Assembly: GCA_963768425.1 (NCBI GenBank)
Contig: CAVYHV010000017.1
Span: forward strand, 96,001-160,000
DNA from: Candidatus Bathyarchaeota archaeon
GTDB lineage: Archaea; Thermoproteota; Bathyarchaeia; Bathyarchaeales; Bathycorpusculaceae
Reading direction: 5' to 3'
DNA length: 64,000 bases
Shown in pieces: positions 59,543 to 64,000 of the stretch. Made by a program: the position numbers and the translations under genes. The first letter of the stretch is position 1. Each line of letters starts with the position of its first letter. Under the pieces are notes generated by a model, which ran no database searches, was not told where the DNA came from, and saw only the letters and a program-made list of their open reading frames with translations.

Positions 59543-62281
59543 ATGGCGCGAACACTCTTAGACTATTGCATTAGTGAACCAGCTAAGCTCCTGCCAAAAC
59601 AAGAGGCTAACGCGCAAGTCACGCCCTCACCTGAAGTTTTCAATGCTTTGAAATTCAAAGAGAAAAAGAAGAAGCCTCGCAGTTTTCCGCCTGTTGCGCC
59701 CCAGAATCTTCCCGCATCTTATTTTGTCTCCGCGTCTTACGATGGGCGCCTAAAAAAGGCAGTCATCAAACTTTACGAGCCCGAGTCAGGGCAGATTTAC
59801 TTTTGGTACGACAACACGGGACACAAACCCTACTGCCTAACCAACTTGTCTAAGGCTGATTTGGAAAAGATCGAGCGGGTGGTTAAACATGAAGGCTTTG
59901 ACCACATTGAAACATGCAAAAAACTGGATCCTTTTCAAGATCAAGAAATTGAGGTATCAAAAATCGTTACAGACGATCCATTAGCCATAGGAGGCAAACC
60001 ATACGGCACTATAAGAGATATTATTCCTGCAGATTTTCCGAAAGTTTCTGATTTGCCAGTTGCCAGGGAAGATATCAAGGTATGGGAATCGAGCATAAAA
60101 TATTATCAATCATACATTTATGACCGCCAATTTTTGCCCGGCATGATTTACGAAGTCAAAGATGGCTCCCTTGTTGAAAAAGTGGTTGAAGAAGCAAAAA
60201 ATAGCCTAAACATGATACGTGCACTTTTCAAAGACTGTTCTGAAGAAGAACGTGGCTATGCTGAAATGTGGGCAAAACTGTTAGAGTATCCGGCGCCGAA
60301 GTTCCGCAGGGCAGCTATAGACATCGAAGTTCTGTCACCAATAGCAACGAGAGTTCCTGACCCCGAGAAAGCGGAAGGTCAAGTAATTGCCGTATCGGTG
60401 TACAGTTCAGACGGCGAAAAAAGAGTTCTCGTTCTGAAGCGGGATGGAATGAGAGAAGGCATTCAGCACCTCACGGAAGACATTGAGGTGGAGTATTGCG
60501 AGACAGAGGAGGAACTTCTCAAAAAAACGTTCGAGGTTCTTTGGGATTACCCGTTCATTTTGACTTTTAACGGTGATGACTTCGATTTACGCTACCTTAG
60601 TAACAGAGCGTTAAGAAAGGGATTAAAGCCAAGTGAAATCCCGATTGTTGTTGGAGACAGGGTTTGCTTACTTAAATATGGTGTCCATATTGACCTCTAC
60701 AAGTTTTTCTTTAATCGTTCCGTGCAAATTTATGCTTATGGCAACCGCTATAAAGACGTAAGTCTTGACGACGTAGGAAACGCTCTCTTAGGCGAGCAAA
60801 AAATTCATTTAGAAAAAGCATTCGGAGACTTGAACTACTCTGAGCTAGCCGCCTACTGCCTCAGAGACTCAGAAATCACCTACAAACTAACAAGTTTCGA
60901 CAACGATTCAGCGATGAAACTGATCCTTGTTCTGGCACGTATTGCGAGCATGCCGATGGAAGATGTCAGCCGCCAAGGAGTAAGCCGATGGATCCGCAAC
61001 TTTATGCACAGAGAACATCGCAAACGCAACATTTTGATTCCAAACGCAGAAGACATCCTAACTAAGAAAGGCAAGACCTCAACAACAGCCGTTATAAAGG
61101 GCAAAAAATACAAGGGCGCGATTGTCGTTGAGCCAACTCCGGGTATTCACTTTAATGTTGCAGTTATGGACTTTCCCAGCCTGTACCCTTCAATCATCAA
61201 AGTCTGGAATTTGGGCTACCAATCTATCCGCTGCAATCATCCTGGATGCAAAGGACACAGCATTCCTGGCACTCAGCATTGGGTCTGCACAGAAAAACGG
61301 GCTCTCGAAAGCTTGCTTATAGGCTCACTAAGAGATCTGCGTGTAAAATGGTACAAAAGCCGAGCCAAAGACAAAACCTTGCCTCCTGAACTCAGAAGTT
61401 GGTATGGTATCACTCAGGGAGCGCTCAAAGTCATTTTAAATGCAAGTTACGGAGTGTTCGGCGCCGACAGCTTCGACCTTTACTGCCCACCCGTAGCTGA
61501 AGCAACTGCAGCCATCGGCCGATATTCTATCACCCAAATACTTAACCATGCTGAGTCAGTAGGCATAAAGGTTCTCTATGGAGACACAGACAGCCTTTTC
61601 CTCAAAAACCCCACAAAAGAACAGATTGAAGATGTCGTCAACTTTACAGAACATGAATTGCACATGGGCATAGATGTTGACAAAGTCTACCGCTATGCAG
61701 TTTTCAGTTCACGCAAGAAAAACTACCTTGGTGTTTTGGAAGACGGAACCGTTGACGTTAAAGGCTTAACGGGGAAAAAGAAGCATATCCCACTTTTCAT
61801 TAAACAAGCCTTCAACAATATGAAGGATACGCTTGCAAGAGTTAAAACCCCAGCCGATTTCGAAAAAGCCCGAAAAGAGATTGCCGAAATTATCCGTGAA
61901 CGGTACTCGCGGCTGAAACGTCGGGATTGGGCTGACATAAACGAGCTTGCTTTCCACGTAGTATTAGGCGATGAACTTGCAAGCTACACTAAAACTACAC
62001 CTCAGCATGTCAAGGCTGCTCGGATTCTTCAGAAAAGCGGCAAAGAGTTGAGGGCGGGTGATTTGATCAGTTTTGTTAAAGTCATAAAGTCCTCGTCTCG
62101 CGGTTCATTGGATGATTCCAATTGGGGGGTTAAGCCCGTTGAGTTAACGTCAAGGAACGAGGTTGACGTTGACAAATATATTGCTTATTTGCAGTCTACA
62201 TTTGACCAAGTCCTTGATGCGTTGGGCTTGAGTTTTGAAGAAATCATCGGGTTAACGAAGCTTGAAAGCTTTCTTGCTTAA
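59543..62281 (+). CDS. polB1: family B DNA polymerase, PolB1 type
   Basis: DNTGHKPY N-terminus; DIE, FNGDDFD exonuclease; DFPSLYPS, KVILNASYG, YGDTDS, KKNY motifs. Confidence 0.96.
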   Translation: MARTLLDYCISEPAKLLPKQEANAQVTPSPEVFNALKFKEKKKKPRSFPPVAPQNLPASYFVSASYDGRLKKAVIKLYEPESGQIYFWYDNTGHKPYCLTNLSKADLEKIERVVKHEGFDHIETCKKLDPFQDQEIEVSKIVTDDPLAIGGKPYGTIRDIIPADFPKVSDLPVAREDIKVWESSIKYYQSYIYDRQFLPGMIYEVKDGSLVEKVVEEAKNSLNMIRALFKDCSEEERGYAEMWAKLLEYPAPKFRRAAIDIEVLSPIATRVPDPEKAEGQVIAVSVYSSDGEKRVLVLKRDGMREGIQHLTEDIEVEYCETEEELLKKTFEVLWDYPFILTFNGDDFDLRYLSNRALRKGLKPSEIPIVVGDRVCLLKYGVHIDLYKFFFNRSVQIYAYGNRYKDVSLDDVGNALLGEQKIHLEKAFGDLNYSELAAYCLRDSEITYKLTSFDNDSAMKLILVLARIASMPMEDVSRQGVSRWIRNFMHREHRKRNILIPNAEDILTKKGKTSTTAVIKGKKYKGAIVVEPTPGIHFNVAVMDFPSLYPSIIKVWNLGYQSIRCNHPGCKGHSIPGTQHWVCTEKRALESLLIGSLRDLRVKWYKSRAKDKTLPPELRSWYGITQGALKVILNASYGVFGADSFDLYCPPVAEATAAIGRYSITQILNHAESVGIKVLYGDTDSLFLKNPTKEQIEDVVNFTEHELHMGIDVDKVYRYAVFSSRKKNYLGVLEDGTVDVKGLTGKKKHIPLFIKQAFNNMKDTLARVKTPADFEKARKEIAEIIRERYSRLKRRDWADINELAFHVVLGDELASYTKTTPQHVKAARILQKSGKELRAGDLISFVKVIKSSSRGSLDDSNWGVKPVELTSRNEVDVDKYIAYLQSTFDQVLDALGLSFEEIIGLTKLESFLA

Positions 62282-63176
62282 TTAATAAAGTTGGCTGGCG
62301 ACCGCGAGCACAGCGAAAACTGCAACGATCAAAGCTATTATTCTTACAGTTTGTTTTTCACTTAGTGGACGATGATAAGTTACTAGTGTAATAAGGCTTC
62401 TTCTGTGCTCAGAGCAGAGTTTGTTTCCGTCAAAGATAACTTTAGCCTTTTGTCTGGAGAAGAAAATCGAGAGGAGAATCAAGGAAGAATTGAAGATGTA
62501 GGGCAGCATAGCTATGATTAAACTCAGTTTTAGATCCGAAATTACTGCGAAAGATGCTATAGTAATGCCTATGGCAAATGAGCCGGAGTTTCCCACGAAG
62601 ATTTTTCCTTGAAAATTAAAGTAGGCGAGCACCAACCAGAACAGCAGAGGCCCAACCATCAGCAAATAGGATGACGAAATAGCCATCAACCCAATTATCA
62701 CAATTGCGGGGCATATTGTTTCTAAACCGTTTAACCCGCCGAGCATGTTCACTGCGTTGGTGACTATCATTACGATTACGGGAATTATGATGTAAAAGTA
62801 AATTGCACCCAGGTGAAATGACGCGATGTAGGGTAGCAACAAGGTTGTTCTTGCTCCTATCGCTTGGGCGTAGTATATGAGAGGGAGCGCGGCGATTAGA
62901 GGCATAAATGCTTTGTAACGCCATTTAAGGTCGATCCAATCGTCAAGCAACCCCATGAAGCCGCCGAAAAGGATGCATGAAGCCAAAATCAATGGTGCTG
63001 AAATAGGTGCGGAAACGCCTGCCGGGTTCTTAATTGCCCCTGCGAAGTAAAGAAGAAAGAGGTAGATGGTGGTGAACAGGACGTAAAATACGCCGAAGCC
63101 GTTTGGAATAAGGGGATGTCCCGGTTTGTGTTGATCTGGAACCTTTGGGAACACAGAGCCGCTTCCTTGTTGCCAT
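62282..63176 (-). CDS. UDP-GlcNAc:dolichol-phosphate GlcNAc-1-P transferase (GT4, AglH/DPAGT1-like)
   Basis: DQHKP..P.IP, GLLDD, NAVNMLGGLNGLE, IFVGNSG; ATG at 63176 needs one indel, otherwise GTG at 63154. Confidence 0.88.
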
Positions 63177-63179
63177 CGT

Positions 63180-64000
63180 CTAGCCGACGTTAGTAACGCC
63201 TGTGCCTTTTGCGCCTGTTGCTGCGTAGTATGCTGGGTAGTTAACTTGGTATATTGCGACTAATGGCACTAGTCCGCCGTATTGGAATGGTGAAGTGCTT
63301 ATGCCTGCGATTTCTACTGGTGTGAAGTAGCTTGGCAAAGTTGCTTTCCAGCTTGTGGAGACGCTGAATCCAGCCTGAGTTAAAGCTCCCACATACTGTG
63401 ATGCAGCATCGTACATTAGCTCGTTTATTGTGCAGTTTTCTCCTTGGCTATTCCAACTCCAAGCTCCATTTGTGCTGCTGTAGTTGCCGAATGACGTTTC
63501 ATCTTTCCACTTTGTTAATCCGTTGCTCGTGCCCATATAGCCGTCGTTAATGTACATTTGCTCGTATGTTCCTGATATCCTTGCCATCCACACGAATTTG
63601 CCTTCGTCTCCGTATCCCGCCGGCGAAGCTGTGTAGGTGGTGCTACCACCGTTTGACTGCTGAATCGCCAAGACAAGGAACACGACCACGTAGTTTACGC
63701 GTCCTGGGTTGTCATAGTTTTCATAGTGGTTTAGCATCATCAATGATTGATTTTCGTTGCCCATCATTATGAGACCTACGTTAGCGATTTGCGTAGCATT
63801 GTATGTTGTGTTATCGCAAAGCGTAGTAACGTTTCCAATATCGCTTAACCAGTCGCCGTAATCCCACCAAGCAACGACAACACTATTTGCAGGAGCATTA
63901 CCCGGACTTTTGAACCAACTTAACGCGGAAGTCCATGCACTTACGGATTCCGTTAAACTTGTTCCGCCTATAGGTAGGCTGGATGCGCTGATAGCGGTGG
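63180..64000 (-). CDS. aglB: oligosaccharyltransferase STT3/AglB, C-terminal part (runs off window)
   Basis: Hand translation upstream of the ORF: VVAWWDYGDWL, CDNTTYN; GDEGKFVWMARIS DK motif. Confidence 0.93.
   Translation of the reverse strand, partial: TAISASSLPIGGTSLTESVSAWTSALSWFKSPGNAPANSVVVAWWDYGDWLSDIGNVTTLCDNTTYNATQIANVGLIMMGNENQSLMMLNHYENYDNPGRVNYVVVFLVLAIQQSNGGSTTYTASPAGYGDEGKFVWMARISGTYEQMYINDGYMGTSNGLTKWKDETSFGNYSSTNGAWSWNSQGENCTINELMYDAASQYVGALTQAGFSVSTSWKATLPSYFTPVEIAGISTSPFQYGGLVPLVAIYQVNYPAYYAATGAKGTGVTNVG

Noticed and set aside
1-64000. CRISPR arrays, tRNA/rRNA genes, IS elements, proviral genes
   Set aside because: No spaced repeats, cloverleaf or rRNA signatures, transposases or integrases seen by eye; small ncRNAs could be missed without covariance searches.

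Overview
Archaeal chromosome segment. Gene content (PolB1, LysW pathway, exosome/proteasome cluster, CarS, STT3/AglB, OSTC-like protein) points to TACK, most likely Bathyarchaeia (inference). It is mostly housekeeping: a LysW lysine/arginine operon with a divergent Lrp/LysM regulator, larBCE, an ilvBH-leuCDBA-pheA operon, a converging 12-gene aspartokinase-aro-tyr operon using the archaeal ADH/DHQ-synthase II route, the psmA-SBDS-rrp4-rrp41-rrp42-rpl37ae cluster, nth/XPD/Clp1/RadB, topA, polB1 and N-glycosylation genes. About 17 genes are split by single-base indels, best read as long-read consensus errors. Main result: two amino-acid operons carry unannotated upstream ORFs enriched in their own end-products. 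MSNLALNKENVASWFQSFDYFYYSYFPQAQN precedes the aromatic operon, and its stop codon lies in a 12-bp hairpin enclosing a U7 tract. MRDRHLNRWDRRVLIL precedes ilvB. Together they form a candidate ribosome-mediated leader-peptide attenuation system in an archaeon. Also noted: a shared palindrome at lysW and leuC, a eukaryote-like OSTC/DC2 protein, a HAD/polyprenol-kinase fusion and a VOC-fold metalloenzyme candidate. No rRNA, tRNA, CRISPR array or mobile element was recognised. All calls are by eye; no searches or folding programs were run.
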